IMG/VR virus record: IMGVR_UViG_3300021431_000015
Location: 634 to 64,633 of that record
DNA from: a virus
DNA: 64,000 bases
Strand: one strand, 5' to 3'
The notes below the pieces were generated by a model that was given only the letters and a program-made list of their open reading frames with translations, was not told the origin of the DNA and did not search any database. Positions 55,733 to 64,000 of this stretch are shown here, one piece after another. The first letter of the stretch is position 1, and every line of letters begins with the position of its first letter. Made by a program: the position numbers and the translations under genes.

Positions 55733-58700
55733 CTATGCTCCCATCGCCAGGATTGCGTTGAGTTCATTCGCCACGTCCTGAGCCATCTGACGGGCCTCCT
55801 TGGTGGAGTCGTAGGTCAGGCTGACGTTGATGTTGTTGACCACGGAGGTGGAATTGCCCGCGCCCATCTCGCCAGCTACAGCCCGCGCGAACGGGCGCAC
55901 GTAGCGGCGATTGGAGAGCGGAATTACGGCACCGCCCGCATTGCGCATGTGCAGGATTGCCTCGGCCCCGTCTTCGCCGACCCAACCGATGTTGGTGAGC
56001 GTCGGCTTCGCGACGATGCCGTTCAGGGCGCCGGAAGCGTGCGCGGGGATGAGCCCGCCCGATGCGTGCTCCGGGATGATGGGGCCTGTGGAGATGGCGC
56101 CCGTCGCGCTTCCGCCAAGCGCCTTCGCTGCGGCCTTGAGCGCTGTGCTCGAACCTTTGGCTACGATGTTCACGACATAGGTGCCGAGGGTACCGCCGCC
56201 GCTGTATTTGCTTATCTTGCTGGAGGCATCGGAGTCGTTGGCCGTGATTTTGAACGAGCGGTCCTTGACCGTCTTGCTGTTCAGCTTGTCGATTTTCTTC
56301 TCGACCTTGCTGATGGTTTCGTTGTCCCCAACCTTGAACAGCTTGTCGACGAGCTTCTTGTTGTTGAGGTCACCTATCCTCTCCTCCCCATCGTAAATCG
56401 AACCGTCGTCTGTGACCATGTAGTGCTTGTCTCCGACCTTGACCGAGCGCACACCTTGCAGTTTGGCGATTTCGCCTTCTGCGGTACCGTCCGATGACAC
56501 GATATACGTCTTGTCGCCAAGCCTGACGGCCTTGAGGTTGTCAAGGTTCTTCTTGCTGCTCTTGACCGTGCCCTTGTCATCAACGTAGTAGGTCTTGTTG
56601 CCGATCTTGAGTTCCTCGAACTCCTGGACCCGCCCATACTCGTCATAGATGGTGCCGTTGTCGGTGAGGTAGAATTCGATTCCGCCAATTTCCTCGTGCT
56701 TGAGGTCTTCAATCTTGAGCCCGTACTCGTTCATGAGGGGCCTGATGGACTCCATGTTCCCCTGCCACGCATTTGCAAGCGCGACCACCTGGTCGGGAGT
56801 TAGCTCCTGGGCTTTCTTGCCCATGCTGTTAAGCGCGTCGGTGAACGACGTGAGGCTCTGGTAGTCGCTATGCAGCGCGGCGGCGACTTCGGGGGTCTCC
56901 GCCACAACCTTGTCAAGCGCCGTTGCGCCATCCTCCTGAGCCTTGGCGAATAGGTTCATCTGCTCGGCTGCCTGGTTCTCCTGCGACTGAAGCGCCCCGA
57001 GCCTGTCGGTCATGTCGTCGATTTGCGGACCGAGTTCCCTCGTCGCCATGTATGCTGCGTGAATTTCCTCCGTACTGTATTGGTCCTGGTTGTTGAGGAC
57101 GTTCACGGCGTCATCGTATTTCTGCTGCGCGGCGGCAAGCTGGTTGGTGAGGTCTATGCGGGCCTTATACGACTCGGCGAACTCGTCCGAGAAATACTGT
57201 TGCATCGCCGCATACTTCTTCTTGTTGGCTAGTTCCATGAAGGCATCGCCCGTCTTGATGGCTTGCCCCTCGGAGTCCGCCAACGCCCCCTTTTCCGCGT
57301 TGGTGACGGTGATGCTCTCCCCCGTCGCGTCGTTATAGCCCTTCACCGCTGCGGCAAGCTCTGCCTGCTTCTCCGCCGTCAGGATGCCGTCCGGGTTCTC
57401 CTTCATCAGGTCGAGGATGTCCTGTATCTGGGCGGCGTAGTGCTCGATCAGCGAACTATTCGCGAAAGTGTCGTCTGCCTTCTGCTGCAACGTGTCGTAT
57501 GTCGCGCCCAGGTCGTCAATCCACTTCTGGTAATCTCTGACGGACGATTCCCAGTCGATTTTAGGCACGAGGTTCTTGTTCGCATCGGACACCTTCTGCG
57601 CCGCGTTGCTGGATGCGCGATTGATACGCTCATACATGTTCTCCGACGCTTTCGCGGCTGCTTGGGCCCGCTCGTCCATCTCCTGGTAATGCGAGACAAT
57701 CGCGGAAATGGCAGCCACGGCAAGGCCGACGCCTATCGCGCCGATTGCCAGCTTCGCGACTCCCGCCGCTTTCGCGGCTTCACCGAGCTTGAGGCCCATC
57801 GTCTCGATAGCCGAGGCGGCTTTCGACGAATCGCCCGTCATGAACCTGAAGCCGCTCGACAGCTTTCCGGCGACGTCGACGAGCGCATCGCCAGTCTTCA
57901 CTCCCATCGTCACCTTGGCCCAGGCCGTCGGAAACTTGCTGATATGCTTAATCATCTCCGAACCGGCGGTTCCGATGGAGCCGATGCCGACCATGGCCGG
58001 GCCTGCGGCGGCGGCCAGCAGGGCCATCGCCGATATGGCCGTCTTCGTCTCGTCGGGGAGGTCGGACAGCCACTTCGTCGCCTCCTGGAAAGCCTCGCTC
58101 GCTATTTTCATCAGCGGCACGAGCCCTTCGGACAGCTCAAGCGCTGCGGCGATGGCGTTGTTCCTCAATTTGCCAAGCTCGCCGGAAAAGCCTTCGGATT
58201 TCCTTTCGGCTTCTCGCGCCGCGTCTCCAGCTTGTTCTATGGAGCCGTCATCCATTGTCGAAGACAGATGATGATAGGCCTCGTCGGACATCTTCAAGGC
58301 TTTAGCGAGGATTTGCCCGCTGTCGCCTGTATTCGCCATCTGCTGTGCAAGGCCTTCGAGAAGCTGCTTGTCTCGTACGTTTCCAAACTTCAGCATTCCG
58401 AGTATCTGGTTGACGGACTTCCCTTTGCCTTGGAGGTCCGCAAGACCCTGAATGAACGCATAAAGCGCCTGGCTGGCGTTTGTCTCGAAAGTCTTCTTAA
58501 AATCTTCGCTCGTCATGTCCGCGACTGCGGCGAATCCATCAAGCGCATCGCCACCCTCGACAACGGCTGACTCCACCTTCGAAATGAACCTCTGCATCGC
58601 GGAACCGGCGGCTTCGGCTCTCTGGCCTGTCGCGATGCCTGCTGCGGACCAGGCGAGCATCTCGTCGGCGCTCATGCCAACGACCTTGCCCATGCCCATG

Positions 58701-60568
58701 TAGCGGGTTGTCATGTTCATTATGTCGCCTTCCATGACCGGAAGGTTGTTGCCGAGGCGGACTAGCGCATCGCCAAATTCGTCGTATTCGTCGACGTTTA
58801 TGTTCATGACGGAAGCCATCTTGCCGAGGGACTCGGCGATGTCCTCCGCCTCCATGTTCGTCGCGATGTCCAGGTTGGACACCGTATGCGCGAATGCCTC
58901 GAGGTTTTCGACGGAGATACCGAGCTGACCGCCCATGGCCTCGATTTCGAGCATGGTCTCGGCGGAGGTGACATGGGTCCGCGAGAAGTCGACGGCGGCA
59001 TCCTTCAGATGCTCGAACTGCTCCTCGGTGCCGTTGACCGTCTTGCGCATGTCGCGGTAGGCGGAGTCGACGTCCTCTGCGGCCTGCACGGCATAGCGCC
59101 CGGCAATCATAATCGCGGGAGTGACCGTCGAGTAAATGCCGTAACCGGCGGTCCTGATAGACCTCGCGAAGTCGCCGAACATGTGGGTGTGGGTGGACAG
59201 GTCGTTGAGCCTAACGATTTCGGCGTTGAGCGCACGGGCCTCCGAACGGGCCTCCCTGAACTCAGCGGCCATCGACTGCGACCTCAAGCGCTTCTCAGCC
59301 TCAGCCAGCTTGGACTCGTATTTGCTGACTTCCGCCGTCGCCCTCGTCAGGTTCGCCTCGATTTTCCTAATCTGCTCTGCGGACGCCTTGCCATGCTGCT
59401 TGGTCTGGCTAAGCTCCGAGTTGAAATCATCCATTCGAGCCTTCGCCATGGAGAGGCTGTACTTGATGTCGGAGACCTCGCCCTCCGTCTTCGCGAGGTT
59501 GGCGAAGACCTTCTCGGACGATGCCGCCATCTTGTCGAATCCATCGGCGCTTGAAATCGCCCGAATCTTCTCGTTGACGGCGGACAGCTTCGCCCGGACC
59601 GTCTCGGTCTCGGTCTTGATGGCCCTCATCCTGGCGTTTGCAGCTTCGAGGTTGTGGGGCATCGCCTTGGAAGACTCGATTGCCCTCTCGGTGTTGGCCC
59701 TCGCCCGCTCGATGTTCTCGTCGTATCGGCGGATGCTCCGGGAAGCCTTTTCGAAGGCGTCGTTTATGCCGCCGCTGGAATGGAATTTCGCAGCCATCCG
59801 CGCATAATCGTCCGCCGCGCCACGAAGCTCCGCCCTTGTCGCCCGTATCGCGGTCTGGGCCTTCTTGAAGTCCTCGACCTGGTTGAGGTTCTTCTGGTCG
59901 CGCTTGTACTGCTGCGATGCCTCGTGAAGATTCCACCAGCCCTGCTTCAAACCCTCCAAGTCGCCCTTGGAGTAGCCGAGAATCATCTTCAAGCCTTGCC
60001 CGCCGTCGGCCTTGCGCTTCATGCCGAGGTCGAGCAGGCGCTCCACTTCCTCACGCGCCTTCTTCGCAGACTCGCCGCCACGCGCCAGCTGGCCCTGTAG
60101 CTTCTGGACATACTTGATGGAATCGCCCTTGCTGAGGTTCTTCTCCTTGCCAACGATTTGCTTCAGCTTGTCGTAGACGGTCTCGAGCTGCTCATCCGTG
60201 CGGCGGATTTCGGAGCGGATGCGCTGGGATTCCGAGTAGATGTCCTTATACCTAGCAGCCGCCTGCCTGACGGTTCCCTCGAACTTTCCCATCGACGTGC
60301 TGAATTCCACGGACTTCCCGGCAGCTTGCCCTGCGGCGCGTGCGAGCGTCCTCATCTCCGTCGCCGAATGCCTCGCCTTGTCACCCATGAGGTCGAGGCT
60401 CTTCTGCATGACCCGCACATTGGACGGGTCCATGTTCAGGGCTTTCTTCAGCCTATTGAGGTCAGACTGGACCTTGCCAGTGCTGGCCTTGATAGACTGA
60501 AGCGCGGAGTTGAGCGGGCGTGCGTCAGCGCCGATTCGTATTGTCAGGCCCTTATACGCGTCGCCCAT
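55733..60568 (-). CDS. tail tape measure protein
   Basis: 1611 aa, long coiled coils, central TMP core region. Confidence 0.9.
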   Translation of the reverse strand: MGDAYKGLTIRIGADARPLNSALQSIKASTGKVQSDLNRLKKALNMDPSNVRVMQKSLDLMGDKARHSATEMRTLARAAGQAAGKSVEFSTSMGKFEGTVRQAAARYKDIYSESQRIRSEIRRTDEQLETVYDKLKQIVGKEKNLSKGDSIKYVQKLQGQLARGGESAKKAREEVERLLDLGMKRKADGGQGLKMILGYSKGDLEGLKQGWWNLHEASQQYKRDQKNLNQVEDFKKAQTAIRATRAELRGAADDYARMAAKFHSSGGINDAFEKASRSIRRYDENIERARANTERAIESSKAMPHNLEAANARMRAIKTETETVRAKLSAVNEKIRAISSADGFDKMAASSEKVFANLAKTEGEVSDIKYSLSMAKARMDDFNSELSQTKQHGKASAEQIRKIEANLTRATAEVSKYESKLAEAEKRLRSQSMAAEFREARSEARALNAEIVRLNDLSTHTHMFGDFARSIRTAGYGIYSTVTPAIMIAGRYAVQAAEDVDSAYRDMRKTVNGTEEQFEHLKDAAVDFSRTHVTSAETMLEIEAMGGQLGISVENLEAFAHTVSNLDIATNMEAEDIAESLGKMASVMNINVDEYDEFGDALVRLGNNLPVMEGDIMNMTTRYMGMGKVVGMSADEMLAWSAAGIATGQRAEAAGSAMQRFISKVESAVVEGGDALDGFAAVADMTSEDFKKTFETNASQALYAFIQGLADLQGKGKSVNQILGMLKFGNVRDKQLLEGLAQQMANTGDSGQILAKALKMSDEAYHHLSSTMDDGSIEQAGDAAREAERKSEGFSGELGKLRNNAIAAALELSEGLVPLMKIASEAFQEATKWLSDLPDETKTAISAMALLAAAAGPAMVGIGSIGTAGSEMIKHISKFPTAWAKVTMGVKTGDALVDVAGKLSSGFRFMTGDSSKAASAIETMGLKLGEAAKAAGVAKLAIGAIGVGLAVAAISAIVSHYQEMDERAQAAAKASENMYERINRASSNAAQKVSDANKNLVPKIDWESSVRDYQKWIDDLGATYDTLQQKADDTFANSSLIEHYAAQIQDILDLMKENPDGILTAEKQAELAAAVKGYNDATGESITVTNAEKGALADSEGQAIKTGDAFMELANKKKYAAMQQYFSDEFAESYKARIDLTNQLAAAQQKYDDAVNVLNNQDQYSTEEIHAAYMATRELGPQIDDMTDRLGALQSQENQAAEQMNLFAKAQEDGATALDKVVAETPEVAAALHSDYQSLTSFTDALNSMGKKAQELTPDQVVALANAWQGNMESIRPLMNEYGLKIEDLKHEEIGGIEFYLTDNGTIYDEYGRVQEFEELKIGNKTYYVDDKGTVKSSKKNLDNLKAVRLGDKTYIVSSDGTAEGEIAKLQGVRSVKVGDKHYMVTDDGSIYDGEERIGDLNNKKLVDKLFKVGDNETISKVEKKIDKLNSKTVKDRSFKITANDSDASSKISKYSGGGTLGTYVVNIVAKGSSTALKAAAKALGGSATGAISTGPIIPEHASGGLIPAHASGALNGIVAKPTLTNIGWVGEDGAEAILHMRNAGGAVIPLSNRRYVRPFARAVAGEMGAGNSTSVVNNINVSLTYDSTKEARQMAQDVANELNAILAMGA

Positions 60569-60577
60569 CGCAACTCC

Positions 60578-60844
60578 TTAGATTTTCGTGAGGGCTCGGA
60601 CGTCAGACGGCGTCGCATCCCTCGTCTCATCTGCTTCCGCACCATGCATGTCATCCCATTCCCATAGGAGCAGCATCAGGTGCGTGTACTTCATGCGGCG
60701 CATATCGCGCCAAGAGAGGCCAGCGGACAGGCCGTTCAGCCCCATCCGCATGTACGGCCTCTCGGTGGTCGATTCGTTTTCCTTACGCTTATTCCGGCTC
60801 TCCCTCTTCGGCAGCTTCGGAACGAAAGAAGCACTCGGACGCAT
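60578..60844 (-). CDS. tail assembly chaperone frameshift extension (T-like), overlapping the G frame by 56 nt
   Basis: open frame starts inside the 3' end of the G gene in the +1/-2 register; T-rich C-TTC-TTT-CGT in the overlap. Confidence 0.4.
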   Translation of the reverse strand: MRPSASFVPKLPKRESRNKRKENESTTERPYMRMGLNGLSAGLSWRDMRRMKYTHLMLLLWEWDDMHGAEADETRDATPSDVRALTKI

Positions 60845-61160
60845 CTTCGATGAGGGACTCCCGAAGGTCCCAGAAGTTCACGCCCCTGGCCTTCTTCATC
60901 CACGCCGTATAAGACGGGATGGATGCGTCCTTGGTCTTGAGGGCAGCCCACGTCGCCTTGGCGATGGACAGCCAGCTGACCTTCGTGAAGTCGATCTCGG
61001 CGAGGTCGCTACCGTTGAACGAGAAGGGATTCCTGTCCTGGCCCTGCACGCCGAAGAGGTCGGCGATGATGTCCGAGGAGAACTCGGCTTCGTACAGCAG
61101 GGCGGTATAGAACGTGACTTCGGCCTCCTGCTCTTTTCCACCAATGACGACGTTGAACAT
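60789..61160 (-). CDS. tail assembly chaperone (G-like)
   Basis: 123 aa acidic protein between major tail and TMP. Confidence 0.7.
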   Translation of the reverse strand: MFNVVIGGKEQEAEVTFYTALLYEAEFSSDIIADLFGVQGQDRNPFSFNGSDLAEIDFTKVSWLSIAKATWAALKTKDASIPSYTAWMKKARGVNFWDLRESLIEDASECFFRSEAAEEGEPE

Positions 61161-61171
61161 CCAAGCCTCCT

Positions 61172-61759
61172 TTAAGCGCCTGCGCCGGGGATGACGACGC
61201 CCTGGAAAAACGCGGCGTACTTGGCTGCGTTTTCAGCGGTCTTCTCGATGTGGCCCTGGACGACACCCTTCTTCACGCCGCCGATGGTGAAGTCCTGCGC
61301 GGCGATGCGGAGGCTCAGGGTATCGGTGTCAACATCCGGGGAGTCGTTCTTGGTATTCGCATTCAACTCGGGGCGGGACGCCTTGCAGTTGTAGAACACG
61401 AAGCCGATGGGGCCGGAGTCGCCCTGCATCTCGGTGATGAGCGCGAACTGGGGCGGCTCGGCGTCGGTCGTCTCGTACTGGACGCCGGAGGTCTCGTCGA
61501 CGACCTCGCCGAGGAGGTCGACGCGCATTTCGTCGGTGATGCGGGCGATTTCGAAGTCGCCGGAGTAGCCGCCATTGGTGCCTGCAAAGGTGAAGTAGAC
61601 GCCGTTGTCCGCGTAGAAGTCGGAGCTGTCGCCGCCCTCGCGGGACAGGGACAGGGAGACCGCGCCGGGAGCGGCCTTGGGTGCGGCGTAAGTGCCTTCG
61701 GCAGCGTTGTAGATAGCGTACTTGGTATTAGCCAAGCCGTAGCGTACTTTGTTAGCCAT
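61172..61759 (-). CDS. major tail protein
   Basis: 195 aa, position and composition typical of siphovirus major tail subunits. Confidence 0.75.
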   Translation of the reverse strand: MANKVRYGLANTKYAIYNAAEGTYAAPKAAPGAVSLSLSREGGDSSDFYADNGVYFTFAGTNGGYSGDFEIARITDEMRVDLLGEVVDETSGVQYETTDAEPPQFALITEMQGDSGPIGFVFYNCKASRPELNANTKNDSPDVDTDTLSLRIAAQDFTIGGVKKGVVQGHIEKTAENAAKYAAFFQGVVIPGAGA

Positions 61760-62087
61760 CGAATTCTCCTTCGATTTGGTAGAACGTGAATCTCACTTGG
61801 AGCATGTTGTCGGACTCGACCCAAGATTCGTCCCTGCTCACAGGTCCGAAAGCCTCCCTCAACGCATCAGCAACGGCCTTCTCGAGCTCCGCATCCCTAC
61901 GCGTTTCATACAGCTCGACGGTCCATCGGTGCCTCACGGCGATCTGCACGTCGCCAGCGGCGATGGGCGTGTCGTCGCCCTCGTAGACCGCCCACGGCAG
62001 GGCGGGCGCAGAATCAACGGGCCACTCCATGTGCCTTATCGGGACAATCGGCGAGACGGCTTTGTAGACATCTGCATGCGACATCAC
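61752..62087 (-). CDS. tail-completion / head-tail joining component (111 aa)
   Basis: synteny. Confidence 0.6.
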   Translation of the reverse strand: MMSHADVYKAVSPIVPIRHMEWPVDSAPALPWAVYEGDDTPIAAGDVQIAVRHRWTVELYETRRDAELEKAVADALREAFGPVSRDESWVESDNMLQVRFTFYQIEGEFDG

Positions 62088-62494
62088 ATCACCAGGCCGT
62101 TCTCCACCGCAATCGCGAGGCGTTCCCGCAGGTCTTCCTCCACGAATTCCCTGGTTGGCTCCATGTGGGGGAAAGCTCTCGTGCGACCGCCATTCAACGT
62201 CGCATGGCCGTGCTCGAGAAGGTGCACGAGACCGGGCTTGTTCTTGTTGCCTATCTCGCCCTTGGATATGTCTCCACCATGGGACACGTGCCCTTGGAAA
62301 CCTTCCGTGTACTCCTTGGACCAGGGATGGACACCTATGCCGGAAGCCGCGTTTTCGCGGGCTTTCTTAGCCCCAACCCTGGTGGATGCGGCGACGGCTT
62401 TCGATGTGTTCTTCTTGGCACCCTCGAGCGAGGTGGAGACGAGGAGCGTGAGCGACACCGCAAACTCATCGATATCTGCTGTAATCTCACGCAT
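62084..62494 (-). CDS. HK97 gp10-like tail component (136 aa)
   Basis: internal ATG; synteny. Confidence 0.55.
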   Translation of the reverse strand: MREITADIDEFAVSLTLLVSTSLEGAKKNTSKAVAASTRVGAKKARENAASGIGVHPWSKEYTEGFQGHVSHGGDISKGEIGNKNKPGLVHLLEHGHATLNGGRTRAFPHMEPTREFVEEDLRERLAIAVENGLVM

Positions 62495-62810
62495 GGTCGT
62501 ACCCCTTGTCCGATTTTTGGCGCTGGATGAGGAGCCGGGTGAAGTCGCCCTGCTCCATGCGCTGGAACACCGAGTAGGCCTTGCCACGGTAGACCACGTC
62601 GGTCTCGCCGTGGTAGTCGCACGTCCTGAGCTGGATTTCGTCGTCGGCCTCGTAGTTCGCCATCTTCGCCGTCGACCACGCCTGGGTGGCGACCGTGTAG
62701 GAGTTGCAGTACGCCTTGAAGCGCTTGACCGTCTCCTGCGGCACGCCCTCGTCGTCGACCTCGTAGGTCTTCGTCAGCAGCTCGACCGTCTCGTGGTAGC
62801 GGGTCATCAC
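62487..62810 (-). CDS. head-tail adaptor / head closure protein (107 aa)
   Basis: synteny. Confidence 0.6.
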   Translation of the reverse strand: MMTRYHETVELLTKTYEVDDEGVPQETVKRFKAYCNSYTVATQAWSTAKMANYEADDEIQLRTCDYHGETDVVYRGKAYSVFQRMEQGDFTRLLIQRQKSDKGYDHA

Positions 62811-63388
62811 TCACCCACAATCCTGAAGGTGGCCCTCGCCACGCCGCCATAGGAGCCGGTGCCCTCGATGTAGCAGGTCGCGGTGCCGACCTCCACGTTA
62901 TCCGCGTAGCGGACCAGGAAGTCCCCGTTTGCCTCCAGGGACTCCCCGTCGAACGTGACCTCCGGAACCGGGCGCACGGTATGGCCCGTGTACGCCTGGT
63001 CCGGGATGTCGGCGATGACGCAATCCCGCATCGAGGTGCGCCAGCAGGCGATGTTCGCGGAGGAGTTCAGCAGGTCGATGACCGTGCGGTTGTACGCCTC
63101 CACGAACTGCGGGCGCTCGCTGTTGTCGTAGCCGAAGTGGGCCTTGGCGTAGAGTGCCACGGCCTGCTTGACGAGCGGCGCCGGGTTCTCCGCGTCCAGC
63201 AGGGACGGGACGATGCCCACCCTGGTCAGGTCGGCGAAGGCGGCGTCGATGAGGAGCTGAATCTCCACGTCGAAGTCGCTCGAGTACGTCGGCTCCCAGC
63301 CCTCGTCCTCCGGCTGCAAGCCGGAAGCGTCGGGCATGGGAATCGGCGATACCCTCACCAGCGTCCTGATGTCGTCAAGCAATGCCAT
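62807..63388 (-). CDS. head-tail connector (gp6-like) protein (193 aa)
   Basis: synteny and size. Confidence 0.6.
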   Translation of the reverse strand: MALLDDIRTLVRVSPIPMPDASGLQPEDEGWEPTYSSDFDVEIQLLIDAAFADLTRVGIVPSLLDAENPAPLVKQAVALYAKAHFGYDNSERPQFVEAYNRTVIDLLNSSANIACWRTSMRDCVIADIPDQAYTGHTVRPVPEVTFDGESLEANGDFLVRYADNVEVGTATCYIEGTGSYGGVARATFRIVGE

Positions 63389-63556
63389 CTACTCAGCCTT
63401 CTTGGTCGTGCGGCGCTTGGCCGGGGCCTTCGCGGCGCGGGTCTCGGGGGTCTGCTTCTTGGCGACCTCGACGAGCACGGAGCCCTCGGGCTGCTCGCCC
63501 TCGCGGTACTGGCGGGTCGTGCCGTCAAGCAGCTTGTAAATCCTGAGCGGTCCCAT
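63389..63556 (-). CDS. small basic protein (55 aa) between capsid and connector genes
   Basis: perfect AAGGAG RBS 6 nt before ATG; not in ORF track because <60 aa. Confidence 0.5.
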   Translation of the reverse strand: MGPLRIYKLLDGTTRQYREGEQPEGSVLVEVAKKQTPETRAAKAPAKRRTTKKAE

Positions 63557-63571
63557 CAACATCTCCTTGGG

Positions 63572-64000
63572 TTAGCCGATCGTGTACTTGCAGAATGCAG
63601 CCGGGTACTCGACGGCCAGCGCGAGGCGCTGATAGGCGCGGAAGCTCACGCGGCCATGGCTGAAGTCGTCGCCGTCGTAGCCGGTGTCGAAGCGGCGTCC
63701 GGTCACATGCTCGTAGACCGTCGCGCCAGCCTTGAACGCGCCAAGGATGGACGTGCCGGACTCGAGGGCCGGGGTCGGGACGATGCGGATGGTGCGCCAC
63801 AGGATGTCGCCAACGGTGACGTTGTTGCCGTACACCAGGCCGACGGGGCCACCGAGCACGTACTGGTCGGACTCGTTCTTGAGCACCTGGAGGGTGTCGT
63901 AGTCCTCGTCAGCGACGAGCAGGGTGTCGACGACGAAGTTCGGGGTGGCCTTGCGAATCCTGGTCTTCTGGACGAGCAGGTCCTCGATGAACTTCAGGTC
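63572..64000 (-). CDS. major capsid protein, C-terminal part (gene continues beyond right edge)
   Basis: frame open to window edge with no stop; position upstream of connector genes. Confidence 0.6.
   Translation of the reverse strand, partial: DLKFIEDLLVQKTRIRKATPNFVVDTLLVADEDYDTLQVLKNESDQYVLGGPVGLVYGNNVTVGDILWRTIRIVPTPALESGTSILGAFKAGATVYEHVTGRRFDTGYDGDDFSHGRVSFRAYQRLALAVEYPAAFCKYTIG

Noticed and set aside
63572-63886. Capsid-like ORF treated as a complete 104-aa gene
   Set aside because: The reading frame stays open to the window edge with no upstream stop; it is a C-terminal fragment of a larger gene.

Overview
The window is most of a temperate siphovirus-like phage genome, either circular or virion DNA rather than an integrated prophage. 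An attP-like partial tRNA sits between the lysis module and the integrase. GC content is high and ribosome-binding sites are GGAGG-type, consistent with a high-GC Gram-positive host. Three transcription blocks are visible. (1) 1..20642 on the + strand opens with the terminase large subunit and an HNH endonuclease. A lower-GC moron island and a GC-rich, ORF-free, hairpin-dense stretch (candidate large ncRNA) follow. Next come about 45 mostly small genes, including very acidic DNA-mimic-like proteins, an Amidoligase_2 enzyme with an N-terminal zinc-ribbon repeat array plus a class-II glutamine amidotransferase, and a complete BglII-like restriction endonuclease / cytosine-5 methyltransferase pair. 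The block ends at a bidirectional terminator. (2) 20676..39145 on the - strand is the early region. It includes a PP-loop/PAPS-reductase-like protein, a truncated C5-MTase-like protein with no SAM motif, a dUTPase, a Lar-like giant coiled-coil protein, and an array of about 17 overlapping Cys-rich minigenes that share a recurring gene-junction sequence. It also carries an HTH gene next to an SPFH protein, an HNH nuclease, a DnaC-like loader, a replisome organizer with an ori-like AT-rich patch, SSB, NinB, a Rad52-like annealing protein, a Hjc-like resolvase and an Xis-like protein. Two tandem phage tRNAs (Arg-CCT, Ile-TAT), a divergent Cro/CI-like switch with a palindromic operator, and a tyrosine integrase plus attP follow. 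(3) 41807..64000 on the - strand is the late operon: partial capsid, connectors, major tail, chaperones with a putative frameshift, a 1611-aa tape measure, tail proteins, a collagen-like fiber, a GT2 glycosyltransferase, a tail-collar fiber, a CBM-like protein, XhlA, holin and an Amidase_5/SH3b endolysin. The portal and the rest of the head genes lie beyond the right edge. Coordinates of non-CDS features are hand-counted and may be off by 1-2 nt.
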